This document shows, piece after piece, positions 52,199-63,939 of a stretch of DNA of 64,000 bases; position 1 is the stretch's first letter; each line of letters begins with the position of its first letter. The notes beneath the pieces are model-generated. The model ran no database searches, was not told the origin of the DNA, and saw nothing but the letters and a program-made list of their open reading frames with translations. The DNA is from Candidatus Marinacidobacterales bacterium. Lineage in GTDB: Bacteria; Acidobacteriota; Vicinamibacteria; Marinacidobacterales; SMYC01. The stretch is taken from NCBI GenBank assembly GCA_965237955.1, contig OZ250169.1:448001-512000 (forward strand). Reading direction: 5' to 3'. The position numbers were made by a program, and so were the translations under genes.

Positions 52199-54280
52199 TC
52201 ACGAATGAACTCCACGTAGAGCGTTGACAAGTAGCTCCCACGCAGCAGGGGCCTTTTCGCCATTTAGCACCATGTTGTTTGGTGTGAGAACAACGTTCCG
52301 TCGGGAAGAGAGCGTCAGTTTTCGAGGGTAATTTTGAAGCGCCGGTACTGACCTTTCCCACAAGGCAACACTTCGCGCAATCACGACAAGAGCTCCACGC
52401 TCCATCGCGGATGCGACTAGAGAGAATCCGTAGACCTGACTTAGAACCCTGCAAGAGCCGCTCTTGTGCTGAGTGCTCTTGTATGGAAACCATTCGACAA
52501 CCGCGAGTCGTTGCGCAAGGGTCGAAAGAGGGATGACTTCGGCGAGCATACTCGTCTTTTCGATCCACCAGCGACCGCCTGGGTGAGCATCCCGGAATCG
52601 CGGGTCAAAGAAGTAGAACGGCCATTTCGACGGTACGTGACGCAGGTTCGAAATCAAGGCGGTACGAAACTCTGGATCTGCATGCGACGTGGCGTCCTTA
52701 GGACCGAAACCAGGGTTGAGCTGGAGAACGACCACCGGAGCAGTCTTGACCGCACCGACGAAAGGCTCTGGGATCACAGCCTCAATCTCGATTCGGCAAC
52801 GGCTATCAGACGGAAGTTTCGCGTTGAACGCTTCGACACATGTTCGATCATCTGGCAGGACGTATGGGGGGCTCGATGGAAGTGCTAGCCAGGGATTAAT
52901 CATGTTGTTGCGAGAGCGGGAGTCAGCATCAAAGGGTGCATCTTCCTCGTCGTCGGCCGCGCTTTGCTTCCAACCATCGACTATCGCTGAAAGCAGCTGC
53001 CCGAGAGGCTTCGAAATCGTTGGCCATTCGTCTCTGGACATACCGACAACTATGGCGCTGTAGCTTTTCTGACTTTTCTGGTTCCTGAAAGCCACTGGCA
53101 CATCCGTACAGAACTCGTTTACGGCATCATCGCATGCAACTTCTACTGCCCTCGGCGTCAGTGTGAGGAGCAGAGAGCCGGGCTGTTTTGAGTCGAGGTG
53201 GAGGGTTGCGTAACGTCGTCGCGCAGTGGGCTTTCCCTCACTCCGCTCGTGCAGGGTGAAGGAGTAGTAGCCAGTCTCATGGGGCCATCGGTAGCTGGGC
53301 ATTCGAGCCTCTATGAAGCTTGCCACCTTTTCAAGGAATTCTTTAACCCCGAGACGCTCGGCCGCTTCGTGTAAGACCGCTTGATTGCTCTCTTTCGTGT
53401 TTTTAGTGGGAGTGGCCCCGCCTGCTCGCCTCATGCTCGCGGTGCCATCGATAACACCACCGTGGTCCCTACCGTCAACATAGTCGCCATGCGGCGGTTC
53501 CAGGATATCTCTAGCTCTAGCTGCAATTTCTCTTGCTTTTCTATTTTTTTCAGCTGGAGGAGGTTGAGTATTCACATCACCTACTTGTTCTGGAGTAAGA
53601 ATAAATCGTTCATATCGTTTAGCATTCTCTCCGGCCCCGATAAAAGTCGTGCAGGCGATCTTTCCGATGACGTAGGTGCTGGAAGCGTCGAAGGTTCCAC
53701 CTACGACACCTCCAGCGATCGGGATCATCTTGCCGAAGTTGATGGTGCCTTTCGACCCAAACTTGGTAAGGAGACGAAAGCCCACCTCTTTGTTGATTTT
53801 CTTGAGCACCTTGCCGGGGACTTTCTTGATGGCCTGCTCGATGAGTTTGGCGCCGAGCTTGATGCCGGCGTCTTTGACGACATCCCCCGCCGCCTTTCCA
53901 CACATGCAGGCGTAGCACAGAGTCCGAACTTGGTCATTCCGAATATCGTGCCCCGATAGATGTGCGACCGCCGCGATCATGCGAATTTGGACGTACATGA
54001 CACTCGCAATGTTGGCCGGCATCGCAACCGGCATCGCGATCACGCCCCCGAGTCCCGATAAGAATCCAGACGTGCCAGCCTTCATGACCTGCCACCGAAT
54101 CAATCGACGGGCGCGCTCTTCCAGGGAGCCCGTGCTCGCTGCGTAGTGGTTCCCGATATCCTGTGCCGACTCTAGGATGGGACTGTCCTCCACCACGAGA
54201 TCGTAGAGCCGGTCGAGCCACTTCATGATGTGGTCTGAGCCGAGCTTCATGATCTCTGCATCGATCTTCTTCCTTGCCAC
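52199..54280 (-). CDS. Multidomain protein: EcsC-like N-terminus, unknown middle, putative UDG-superfamily C-terminus
   Basis: GFLSGLGG...QIRMIAAVAHLSG...KMIPIAGGVVGGTFD (EcsC); PEPFVG...VVVLQLNPG...VEWFPYKS (UDG-like, inferred). Confidence 0.7.
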   Translation of the reverse strand: MARKKIDAEIMKLGSDHIMKWLDRLYDLVVEDSPILESAQDIGNHYAASTGSLEERARRLIRWQVMKAGTSGFLSGLGGVIAMPVAMPANIASVMYVQIRMIAAVAHLSGHDIRNDQVRTLCYACMCGKAAGDVVKDAGIKLGAKLIEQAIKKVPGKVLKKINKEVGFRLLTKFGSKGTINFGKMIPIAGGVVGGTFDASSTYVIGKIACTTFIGAGENAKRYERFILTPEQVGDVNTQPPPAEKNRKAREIAARARDILEPPHGDYVDGRDHGGVIDGTASMRRAGGATPTKNTKESNQAVLHEAAERLGVKEFLEKVASFIEARMPSYRWPHETGYYSFTLHERSEGKPTARRRYATLHLDSKQPGSLLLTLTPRAVEVACDDAVNEFCTDVPVAFRNQKSQKSYSAIVVGMSRDEWPTISKPLGQLLSAIVDGWKQSAADDEEDAPFDADSRSRNNMINPWLALPSSPPYVLPDDRTCVEAFNAKLPSDSRCRIEIEAVIPEPFVGAVKTAPVVVLQLNPGFGPKDATSHADPEFRTALISNLRHVPSKWPFYFFDPRFRDAHPGGRWWIEKTSMLAEVIPLSTLAQRLAVVEWFPYKSTQHKSGSCRVLSQVYGFSLVASAMERGALVVIARSVALWERSVPALQNYPRKLTLSSRRNVVLTPNNMVLNGEKAPAAWELLVNALRGVHS

Positions 54281-54399
54281 CGGGTGGGACCTTCCTTGGC
54301 TTCAGACTCTCAGGGGGAGCTCTGTAAGGCTACGCCGACCAAATAAGGAGTATGGACCAAGTGGTGCTTGTGCTGTTTGCTGTTGGTAATGTGTACGTA

Positions 54400-54519
54400 C
54401 CCGTCCTGTGCCAAAACTCGGCCCTCTTGAAATAGCCGATAAATCAGCAGCTTAGCGTCTGTGTTTTGCGACCGGGCCAAGGGCCGTGGGCTCTACAATC
54501 GTCTGGCCCGAGGGTGTTA
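54400..54519. repeat. Orphan subfamily-A TIR abutting IS3
   Basis: Full TIR sequence followed by the IS3 end at 54520. Confidence 0.88.
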
Positions 54520-54599
54520 TGAACCGCCCCGGGTTTTCCGGAGACTGTTTTAGTTGAGTCTCGCCATCTCTAGCGAGCCTTCCTGCGACCGATAATAGT

Positions 54600-55783
<1,184 letters not shown>

Positions 55784-55833
55784 GACTCCATCCTCTCAAG
55801 AGTTGGAGTCTCCGGAAAAGCCGGGGCGGTTCA

Positions 55834-56496
55834 CTCGCCGGCTGCGACGTGCATCTGTGCAATCCGACATCGGAGTTCCTTTAAATCAACACCGGCAACG
55901 GCTTGCTCCATACGACTTAGCGCACGGCCCCTACGGATGAGGGACAGCCAGCGCCGTTTGATTACCTCCCAATCGAGGTCGTCTCCGCGTGATGTGTACG
56001 CGAACCCCTCCTTGATCTCCTTGGCGAGATGCTCGTTGCCGCCTGTCTGCCAAAGCCATGGCAAGCGAGCGACGCCGAGGGCTGAGGCCAGATAAAAACG
56101 GGCATGCTCTGGGCTGCTCGCTTTCGCTGGCGTCGATAACGCCCAGCATCCAAGGGCGGCAGCAAGCTCAACGGATCGGATAGCCCCAGCGAACTCCTGC
56201 TGCTTCGGTGCCGTCTGATACCGCTGCTCCAACCAGCCAGTACTTTCCTTGCCCGCAGCGTTGAAGAACAGAGGCAGCCAAATCGCCAACGTGGCGTCGA
56301 AGAATTCCTGCTCAGAAACCCAGGCTTCGGCCAGCCCTGCCCTGAAAAGGATGGCGGCCACCTTCAAATCGGCTGCGAGCAGCTCGGGCCGCCGTTCGCT
56401 TAAGAACTCCGCGTCGGCCAGGCGTTTGGCAACCTGTTTGATGATCTTCAGACCCCGCTTCCGTTCCTTCTCCGACGCGGGTAGTAACGTTGGCCT
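55834..56496 (-). pseudogene. Internal fragment of an unidentified gene between two IS ends
   Basis: About 220 open, protein-like codons with both ends formed by IS termini. Confidence 0.5.
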
Positions 56497-56790
56497 GCCT
56501 TGGTGCACAACTCCGATAGAGGCCGAGAGCTCGCTTGGCCCCGACTCCCATCATCCGATCATCTCGCTATCAGGCATCCCGAGCACCGTCATGGTGTTGA
56601 GAATCTTGCACCCGATCCTTGCCTCGACTCTCTGTGCCGCCAACCCTCTCGCTCGCATCGCTGAGCCCACGATAGCCTTGTAGCGATGGAACGTTGTCTC
56701 GACTTTGCTCCGTTTGCTGTAGCCCGATTCTGTGTGCCACTTTCGTTTGCCGAGCCGAGCTTGTGCTGCAATGTTGCGATTACGCTGTCG
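56497..56790 (-). pseudogene. C-terminal part and right end of an IS903-group element
   Basis: RQRNRNIAA...GYSKRSKVET...ILNTMTVLGMPDS; same TIR as at 52052. Confidence 0.85.
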
Positions 56791-57001
56791 ACGGTGTCTA
56801 CGTCTTGCCGAGCGTCCCGGAAAACGAGCCGCGAGCCCGCCGCACGAGTCGTTCTTCGCAAGGCCCATTACTACACTCTTGGTTCACTCACCCAACGTGC
56901 CCCTAAGTCGTTGGATCACGACGAAGGGACTTCAGATCACTTCTGTCGGTTGCCGAGCCTCTGCACTTCGACTAGCATTCTTATTTTCATCCTGGTTTTG
57001 C

Positions 57002-57982
57002 ATGCCCAGAAACGCGCAGGTTGTTCGACAGTGGCTCTTACTGGAGAGACTCGAACGCTCGAAGGGAGCGACCCTGGACGAGCTCGTGGACAGCTTACCG
57101 TCCGACCATCCGTGCCACGCGCGCACGGTTCGGCGCGATCTCGAGGCGCTCGAAGCCCGGTTTCCGCTCATCACAGAACGAAGACGGGGCAAGACCATAT
57201 GGCGCCTCATGGACGGCTTCGACCGAACAATCCGCCTCGCGTTCTCCCAGACAGAACTTATGGCGCTTGTATTCTCGAAGGATCTTCTAAGGCCGCTCGA
57301 CGGTACCGAGCTCAAATCCTCGCTGGATTCGGCATTCAACAAGATGGTTGCCGTGTTGCCTTCTGATGGAACCGGTTTCATCGCTCACCTCAGAGATTTC
57401 TTCTCCGTGGGGCTTGGGCCACACAAAAAATACAAAGAACATCGCAACACGATTGAATGTCTCACGCGTGCAATCTCCCAGTCGCGGAGCGTTCAGATCC
57501 GGTACTTTGCCGCATCGCGGAACGTGACGACTCGGCGAAGCGTCGATCCGTACCGCCTTTGGTACGCGCAGGGTGCCCTCTACCTGATTGGGTTTTGCCA
57601 TCTACGCCGAGACGTTCGAATGTTCGCCGTCGACCGTATTCGGTCGATAACAACGACGAACAAGCCGTGCCAAATGCCCCTGGGCTTCGATGTCCAAGAA
57701 TACGTGGCGGACGCCTTGCTCATCATGAGAGGAGCCCCGATCGACGTGCAGCTGAGTTTCCATCGGACTGTTGCACCTTGGGTGTGTGACCGAAACTGGC
57801 ACTCGAGTCAGAAAGTCAAAAGCGTCAAAGGAGGGGCGGTTATTATGACGCTGCGAGTCGCCGAGACTGCAGAGCTGGTCGGATGGATTCTGAGCTTCGG
57901 AAGCAATGTCCGAGTCCTCTCCCCGCGTTCACTACGAGATCGTGTCCATGAAGAAGCGCGAAAAATTCTCCGCGAAGCGTGA
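57002..57982 (+). CDS. HTH-WYL-WCX transcriptional regulator
   Basis: ARTVRRDLEALE HTH, RSVDPYRL...LYLIGFC...VRMFAVDRI, WILSFG..VRVLSP..LRD; start at 57002. Confidence 0.93.
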   Translation: MPRNAQVVRQWLLLERLERSKGATLDELVDSLPSDHPCHARTVRRDLEALEARFPLITERRRGKTIWRLMDGFDRTIRLAFSQTELMALVFSKDLLRPLDGTELKSSLDSAFNKMVAVLPSDGTGFIAHLRDFFSVGLGPHKKYKEHRNTIECLTRAISQSRSVQIRYFAASRNVTTRRSVDPYRLWYAQGALYLIGFCHLRRDVRMFAVDRIRSITTTNKPCQMPLGFDVQEYVADALLIMRGAPIDVQLSFHRTVAPWVCDRNWHSSQKVKSVKGGAVIMTLRVAETAELVGWILSFGSNVRVLSPRSLRDRVHEEARKILREA

Positions 57983-57998
57983 CCCCGGATGTCACGCT
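57976..57998. promoter_or_regulatory. Inverted repeat AGCGTGAC-N7-GTCACGCT, candidate WYL-protein operator for the cas operon
   Basis: Perfect 8-bp arms just upstream of a TATTAT -10-like hexamer and the cas3 RBS. Confidence 0.55.
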
Positions 57999-58047
57999 CC
58001 TACGCTATTATCGTTATTGACCGCTCGGAGATGAAACTGGAGGATCG

Positions 58048-60765
58048 GTGACACGCGAATACTCGTCTTGGTTCAGCAGAGCGACCGAACACGCGGAGCC
58101 GCGGCTCTGGCAGCAGACTCTCGCCGAATCTAGAACGTGCACGGATCGATTGATCCGCATCCCCACAGGGTTGGGCAAAACGGAGGCGGTTCTCGGTGCA
58201 TGGGCCTGGAACCGGCTGATTCGGCGTGACTCGACTTGGCCTCGACGCCTCGTCTGGTGCCTTCCGATGCGTGTGCTCGTACAACAGAGTCTGGCTGTCG
58301 CACAGAAGTTCCTCGAATCCATGCCCGTACGCAACACGGGGCCAGAGAAAGTCCAAGTATGCCCGTTAATGGGGGGCGCCGATGTCGAAGACTGGCATCT
58401 TCACCCCGAGCAACCGGCGGTTCTGATCGGCACGCAAGATATGCTCCTGTCGCGCGCGCTGAACCGTGGCTACGCCACCGGACGCGCACGATGGCCGATG
58501 GAATACGGCCTTCTCAACCACGATTGCCTTTGGATCATGGATGAGATCCAGCTCATGGACGTCGGGTTGACCACGAGCGTACAGCTTCAGGCGTTTCGTC
58601 GCGGGGATGCTGCCAAGTCGCTGCGGCCTTGCCGCACGTGGTGGATGAGCGCAACTCTTCAGCCCGACTGGTTCGAGACGTTGGACTCGCGACCGTGGCT
58701 ACCGGAACTTCGCGAACGTATGGTCCAGGTAGGAGCGGAGGAGCGACATGGAGATCTGTGGCAGGCGCCAAAGCCCTTGACCGTGCACAGAATTCCGGCG
58801 GAGGAGGACAAGCACGCGGAGCGGTTGGCCGAAGTCGTGTGGGAAGCTCATTGGAAGGCCGAGCCGGCCGGTTCGGGTCGATTCACTCTAGCTATCGTCA
58901 ACAGGGTGGAAACGGCGACTCGGCTCTACGGAACACTCAAGAAGCTGTTGGGGGCCGAGCCGGTGCAGCCCGATCTCCGTCTGATTCACAGTCGATTTCG
59001 AGGAATAGAGCGGTCCCATTGGCCGGAGGAATTTCTGTCCAGACGTCATTCCACCGATGCCGCCACGGACCGGATCATCGTCTCGACTCAAGTGGTCGAG
59101 GCCGGTGTGGATGTGTCGGCCACGGCTCTCGTAACAGAGCTCGCGCCCTGGCCGAGTCTGGTGCAGCGATTCGGACGCGCCGCACGATACGGCGGCGAGG
59201 CTACAGTGCACGTGATCGAGCGTGACCTGAAAGGCAAGGACTGCCTGCCGTACGACGAGACCGAATTGGTGGCTGCGAGTAGTGCCCTCTCGCGGCTTGC
59301 TGACGTCGGTCTCGCGACTCTGGAGAATCTCGAATACGCGTTGCGAGATGAGGATCCTGATTCTTTGAAGCGTTTATACCCGTACGCTCCGCTGCATGTT
59401 CTCACGCGACGCGAATGTGACGAGCTGTTCGACACGAGCGCGGATTTGAGCGGTGCTGATCTGGATGTCAGCCGCTTCATCCGTAGCGGGGATGACCGGG
59501 ATCTGTTCGTCTCCTGGTTGAACGTAGATGGGGACGCAAATCATCCTGCCGTCGAGTTTCAACCTCGCCGCGAGGGATTGTGTCCGGTCCCGGTGCCTAC
59601 AGCGCGCAAGTGGTTGTTCAAGAGCAGACAACTCAAGGAGGGTTGCCGAGCGTGGATCTGGGACTATGTGGACGGCCGGTGGCGGCGGTTGAGGGCGGAT
59701 GACTGCTACCCCGGTCAGACGATAATTGTCGACGCGACCTGGGGTGGTTATGACACGAAGACCGGCTTCACGGGTGCAGCTCGAGGGAAACAAGAGAACC
59801 CCGTACCTACCGAGGGTACGCTCGCGATTTCAGCGCAAGACGCCGTTGCGGATCGCGCTCAAGCACGGGATGACCTCAGCGAGCAGGCTAGTTGGAAGAC
59901 GATCGCGACCCATGGCGACGAAGTGGCTCAAAAAGCGCGCGAGCTGGCCGAGGTACTCGACATCCGCGCCGAACTGGTTCCGCTGCTCGATCTAGCCGGC
60001 CGACTCCACGACTGGGGGAAAGCCCATCCTGCGTTTCAGTCCTCCATCATCGAGTCCGGGACCGAGGCGCGCCCCGAGCGGCGGGACCTTGCAAAGGCGC
60101 CGCGCGAGGCGTGGGTCCCGCTGAAGGAACTCTACAGCAAGGATGCAACAATCGGCAGACGCCGTGGATTCCGCCACGAGCTCGCCAGTACGCTGGCGCT
60201 TTTCGAGTTGTTGCGGCGGATCGATCCCCACCACCAAGCCCTGCTTGGAGAGCAGCGGGAGCTCATCGAGGCCGGTGTGCTGAAGCCGGAGCTCGACGAG
60301 CCACGTTCAGCCGATGGACCGCTCGCCACGCTGCTTTTGGCGCTCGACGCCGGTGCCTTCAACTTGCTCGCCTATCTTGTGTGCTGCCATCACGGGAAAG
60401 TGCGCGGCACGTGGCAGAGCACCTCCCGGGACCAGGAGTTTCCGAGCCTCGACTCCAAATACGCCGGCCGAGGTCAGCCCCTGCACGGTGTGCGACACGG
60501 CGATGTCGTGCCGGCAACACTCATGATCGCGCCCAACGGGAACGTTGTAGAATTGCCAGCTCTCACTCTTCACCTCGATCCCGCAACCTTGGGTTTGTCC
60601 GGGCGTTACGGGTCCAGTTGGACCGAGCGTGTCCAGCAGCTCTTTGCGTCGCATGGTCCATTCACCCTGGCTTATCTCGAAGCCATACTGCGTGTGGCCG
60701 ACGTTCGGGCTTCGCGACTCGACACTGGCGATCCTCTACTGATGACGGAGGGTGTGTCGGTATGA
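58048..60765 (+). CDS. cas3: Type I-G (I-U) Cas3 with C-terminal HD domain
   Basis: PTGLGKT, DEIQ, MSAT, QRFGRAAR, C-terminal HDWGK and HHG. Confidence 0.93.
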   Translation: MTREYSSWFSRATEHAEPRLWQQTLAESRTCTDRLIRIPTGLGKTEAVLGAWAWNRLIRRDSTWPRRLVWCLPMRVLVQQSLAVAQKFLESMPVRNTGPEKVQVCPLMGGADVEDWHLHPEQPAVLIGTQDMLLSRALNRGYATGRARWPMEYGLLNHDCLWIMDEIQLMDVGLTTSVQLQAFRRGDAAKSLRPCRTWWMSATLQPDWFETLDSRPWLPELRERMVQVGAEERHGDLWQAPKPLTVHRIPAEEDKHAERLAEVVWEAHWKAEPAGSGRFTLAIVNRVETATRLYGTLKKLLGAEPVQPDLRLIHSRFRGIERSHWPEEFLSRRHSTDAATDRIIVSTQVVEAGVDVSATALVTELAPWPSLVQRFGRAARYGGEATVHVIERDLKGKDCLPYDETELVAASSALSRLADVGLATLENLEYALRDEDPDSLKRLYPYAPLHVLTRRECDELFDTSADLSGADLDVSRFIRSGDDRDLFVSWLNVDGDANHPAVEFQPRREGLCPVPVPTARKWLFKSRQLKEGCRAWIWDYVDGRWRRLRADDCYPGQTIIVDATWGGYDTKTGFTGAARGKQENPVPTEGTLAISAQDAVADRAQARDDLSEQASWKTIATHGDEVAQKARELAEVLDIRAELVPLLDLAGRLHDWGKAHPAFQSSIIESGTEARPERRDLAKAPREAWVPLKELYSKDATIGRRRGFRHELASTLALFELLRRIDPHHQALLGEQRELIEAGVLKPELDEPRSADGPLATLLLALDAGAFNLLAYLVCCHHGKVRGTWQSTSRDQEFPSLDSKYAGRGQPLHGVRHGDVVPATLMIAPNGNVVELPALTLHLDPATLGLSGRYGSSWTERVQQLFASHGPFTLAYLEAILRVADVRASRLDTGDPLLMTEGVSV

Positions 60766-62981
60766 CGGTACACGTTCACCATCTCACCGGATGTAGCCCG
60801 ACGCCTCTCGCGCACTATCTCAAGGCACTCGGCATCCTTCGCCTCGTCTCGAACCAGAAAGATTCCGCCGCTCGCGGCTGGTGGAAGGAAGAGTCATTCC
60901 ATCTCGCGACGAGGCTTGATGGCAACGCTTTGCCGAAGTTTTTCCTCGAGGACTACGAACCCACGCCGCTGGTGGCGCCTTGGAATGGCGGAAGCGGCTT
61001 CTACCCGAACGACAACAAGGACGGGATCGCGGCGATCACGAAGAATCGCTCAGACCGCTTCGCAGGCTATCGCAAGGCGATCGAAATGGGGCGATCCGCA
61101 ACGAGCCTAATAAAGGCCAGCCCCAAGAACGAGGCGAAGAGTGTTTTCCTGCGCGAATGTCGCCAACGGTGGTCAGGTCCGCTGTTGGAGTGGCTGGAGG
61201 CCGCCGTTGTGCTTGACGGTGATGGGGAGCCTGTTTATCCAGCGCTCCTGGGAACGGGTGGCAACGACGGCCGGCTCGACTTCACGAACAATTTCATGCA
61301 ACGTCTGGCGGAGCTGGTCGAATGCGAGCACCCGCAAGCGCCCTCACAGCCCGCCTCCTTGCGATTGCTGGACGCGGCGCTGTTCCGGCATCCGGAGGCC
61401 GGTCTGCAGAGGAGCGCCGTGGGACAGTTCCACCCAGGCAGTGCAGGTGGCGCGAACAGCAGCACGGGCTTCGGCGGCGACAGTCTCGTCAACCCGTGGG
61501 ATTTTGTCCTGATGTTGGAAGGCACTCTTCTTTTCGTCGCTTCCGTGGCGCGGCGCACGATAGCCCACGCTTCACGGCAGGCAGCCGCGCCTTTCGCAGT
61601 CCGCTCGTCCGCTGCAGGTTTTGCAAGCGCCTCGGCGGCGGACAAGAATCGAGATGAACAATGGATGCCGCTATGGGAGCGGCCCGCTACTCTTGGTGAG
61701 CTCGCTTCCCTCATAGCGGAGGGCCGCAGCCAGATTGGGACGCGCCTCGCGGCTCGACCTATCGACTTCGGACGGGCCATCGCTCGCCTTGGCGTTACTC
61801 GTGGTATCGCCGCCTTCGAGCGGTATGGCTATATCGAGCGGAACGGCCAGGCGAACCTTGCAGTCCCGCTCGGCCGCTGGAGAGTCCAAGCACAGCCACA
61901 TCAGGATCTGATCGACGAAGTCGCAGGATGGGTGGAGGGGCTGCGTCGCGCTGGCTCGGATAACTACGCGCCGAACTCGATATCCCGTAGCGCGCGTGCG
62001 TGCGAGGAAGCTATTCTCGCCTGTTGTCGCGACGGACGTAACCCGTCACAGTGGCAGGCGCTGCTAATCGCGGTCGGTGCGGCTGAAGCACAGCTTCCTC
62101 GAAGCCCGCGCTTCGCGGGCTCCAAGGGCCTGCGACCCGTCCCCACGTTGAGTGTCGCTTGGCTCGACGCTGCCGATGACGGCAGCCCTGAGATGCGACT
62201 CGCTCTAGCCCTCGCTTCACAGCATGGCACCAGCGAGAAGCAGACGATCGACTGGCAAGATCCGATCCGTCGTCACTTTCTGCCACTCGAGCAGGGATCG
62301 CTCACCCGAAAGGCGCGATTCCACGTCAGAAGCGAAGCACTTGCTCTTTCTCCTGAGGTTGTGTGCGTTGGGAACACCCTAGACGGCGTCGCAATCGCGT
62401 TAATGCGGCGCCGTATGGTCGAGGCCGCGCGAAGGGTATCGCCTCAGCTTCCGCTTGTGGCCGTGCGCGGCGCTGAGGCAGGGACGGATGACATTGCCAA
62501 GTTCCTCGCGGGCAGGCTGAACGAGACGGCGATCCTCGACCTAGCCCGACCACTGATGGCATTGAATTGGCATGAACTCCACACGCGGCATTCACAGCAT
62601 ACTACGACCGATGCGCTCGGGTCGCTGAGTGTGTACGGTCTCATGCGAATCGCGTACTGGCCACGAGCACTGCAGCTTGCACCTGGAGCCGAGGCAGTGT
62701 TGGTCCGCCTGGATCCAGCTATTTTCTCGCGACTGGATGCTGGTGACCTGTCTGGCGCGGCAGCGTTGGCGATCCGAAGGCTCATCGCTTCCGGACTTCG
62801 CCCACGCGTACGTCTGGCGGTCGGCAACCCGGAACAAGCGCGGCGCCTCGCCGTAGCGCTCTCGTTTCCGATCAGAGAAAAAGACGCGACCGCACTGGCC
62901 CGTCGGTTGACGCGACCTGCTGACGCACTCAAGGAACACGACTCTAAATTGACGAACGAACGTAAGGAGACCGTTACGTGA
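60762..62981 (+). CDS. csx17: Type I-G large subunit Csx17/Cas8g
   Basis: PTPLAHYLKALG, PWNGGSGF, GTGGNDGRLDF, NPWDFVLMLEG; ATGA overlap with cas3. Confidence 0.92.
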   Translation: MTVHVHHLTGCSPTPLAHYLKALGILRLVSNQKDSAARGWWKEESFHLATRLDGNALPKFFLEDYEPTPLVAPWNGGSGFYPNDNKDGIAAITKNRSDRFAGYRKAIEMGRSATSLIKASPKNEAKSVFLRECRQRWSGPLLEWLEAAVVLDGDGEPVYPALLGTGGNDGRLDFTNNFMQRLAELVECEHPQAPSQPASLRLLDAALFRHPEAGLQRSAVGQFHPGSAGGANSSTGFGGDSLVNPWDFVLMLEGTLLFVASVARRTIAHASRQAAAPFAVRSSAAGFASASAADKNRDEQWMPLWERPATLGELASLIAEGRSQIGTRLAARPIDFGRAIARLGVTRGIAAFERYGYIERNGQANLAVPLGRWRVQAQPHQDLIDEVAGWVEGLRRAGSDNYAPNSISRSARACEEAILACCRDGRNPSQWQALLIAVGAAEAQLPRSPRFAGSKGLRPVPTLSVAWLDAADDGSPEMRLALALASQHGTSEKQTIDWQDPIRRHFLPLEQGSLTRKARFHVRSEALALSPEVVCVGNTLDGVAIALMRRRMVEAARRVSPQLPLVAVRGAEAGTDDIAKFLAGRLNETAILDLARPLMALNWHELHTRHSQHTTTDALGSLSVYGLMRIAYWPRALQLAPGAEAVLVRLDPAIFSRLDAGDLSGAAALAIRRLIASGLRPRVRLAVGNPEQARRLAVALSFPIREKDATALARRLTRPADALKEHDSKLTNERKETVT

Positions 62982-63928
62982 TGAGTATCGAGCTGACCCC
63001 TTTCAACGACGCCCGTAAGCTTCTGATGAGCGTTGAGCTCAAACCCGTTCAGGGCACGCGCTTCCAGCCCACGGGATTTCCTGATCTCGGAGCCGCATCC
63101 TACCAGGCCGGTGACGCGCCGTGCCTGCTCGTAGAAAGCGCCCAATCGATGGCCAACCGCCTGGAAGCGGTGTGTTGGGACGAGACGACGCAGGACCTGC
63201 GAGAGCCGCTGACAGGTCTAAGCTACATCCGTGTCGAACGGGATGGTACGTATCTGACGAGCTCGATTACCGAAGCCCACCGCATCAATAGCCCCTATAT
63301 TCTCGAGAGCAAGGATCGGAGTTTTTTTGACCGGCTGAAGCATGCGGTGGCGCCGCTGAAGGAAGGGCCGATCGATCGCCACGTTCTTGCTGAGACACTT
63401 TTCGAGTTCGACTGCAACAGTCTGCTTCATGGTGTATTCCTCGCGAAGAAGGAGCTGGCAGGTGGCCGTCTCCGCGTTGCCCGTTCGTTGTCAGCCTTCA
63501 TCGAAGCTAGCGAGGCACAAGTCGCCGCGTCCGGCGGAGTCAAGAACGACACTGTCAATCCGAGCGGGGATACAGCCCGCGGCTTCGGCAATGTCCCTTT
63601 TCATCGCGAGGAATACACGGCTCAGACGATCACGGCCTACTTCAATCTTGACCTCGGTCAGATCCGTGGGTACGGACTTGGGTCGGAGTCGGAGCGGTTA
63701 CTGATTCTGCTGGCTTTGTACAAAATCCGCGCTCTACTCGACGGTGACCTACGCTTGCGCACCGCCTGTGACTTCACGCTTGCAGACGGCGACGGCGCTA
63801 TTGCCGCTGACGCACCCGATGGGTTCGAGCTTCCACCTCTGGCCGAGTTGGAAACGTCTCTTCCGGCTGCGATCGCCGCGTGCAAGGACAAGATGGCCAG
63901 TGTCACGACTGTCCAGTTCAAGCAATAG
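62978..63928 (+). CDS. csb1: Type I-G Cas7 (Csb1)
   Basis: RFQPTGFPDLG, VESAQSMANRLE, EAHRINSPY, GFGNVPF. Confidence 0.92.
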   Translation: MMSIELTPFNDARKLLMSVELKPVQGTRFQPTGFPDLGAASYQAGDAPCLLVESAQSMANRLEAVCWDETTQDLREPLTGLSYIRVERDGTYLTSSITEAHRINSPYILESKDRSFFDRLKHAVAPLKEGPIDRHVLAETLFEFDCNSLLHGVFLAKKELAGGRLRVARSLSAFIEASEAQVAASGGVKNDTVNPSGDTARGFGNVPFHREEYTAQTITAYFNLDLGQIRGYGLGSESERLLILLALYKIRALLDGDLRLRTACDFTLADGDGAIAADAPDGFELPPLAELETSLPAAIAACKDKMASVTTVQFKQ

Positions 63929-63939
63929 GGTAACGTCAC

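Noticed and set aside
59892-60761. N-terminal extension giving a 1029-aa Csx17
   Set aside because: It overlaps cas3 in another frame; the ATGA-coupled start at 60762 gives the normal N-terminus.
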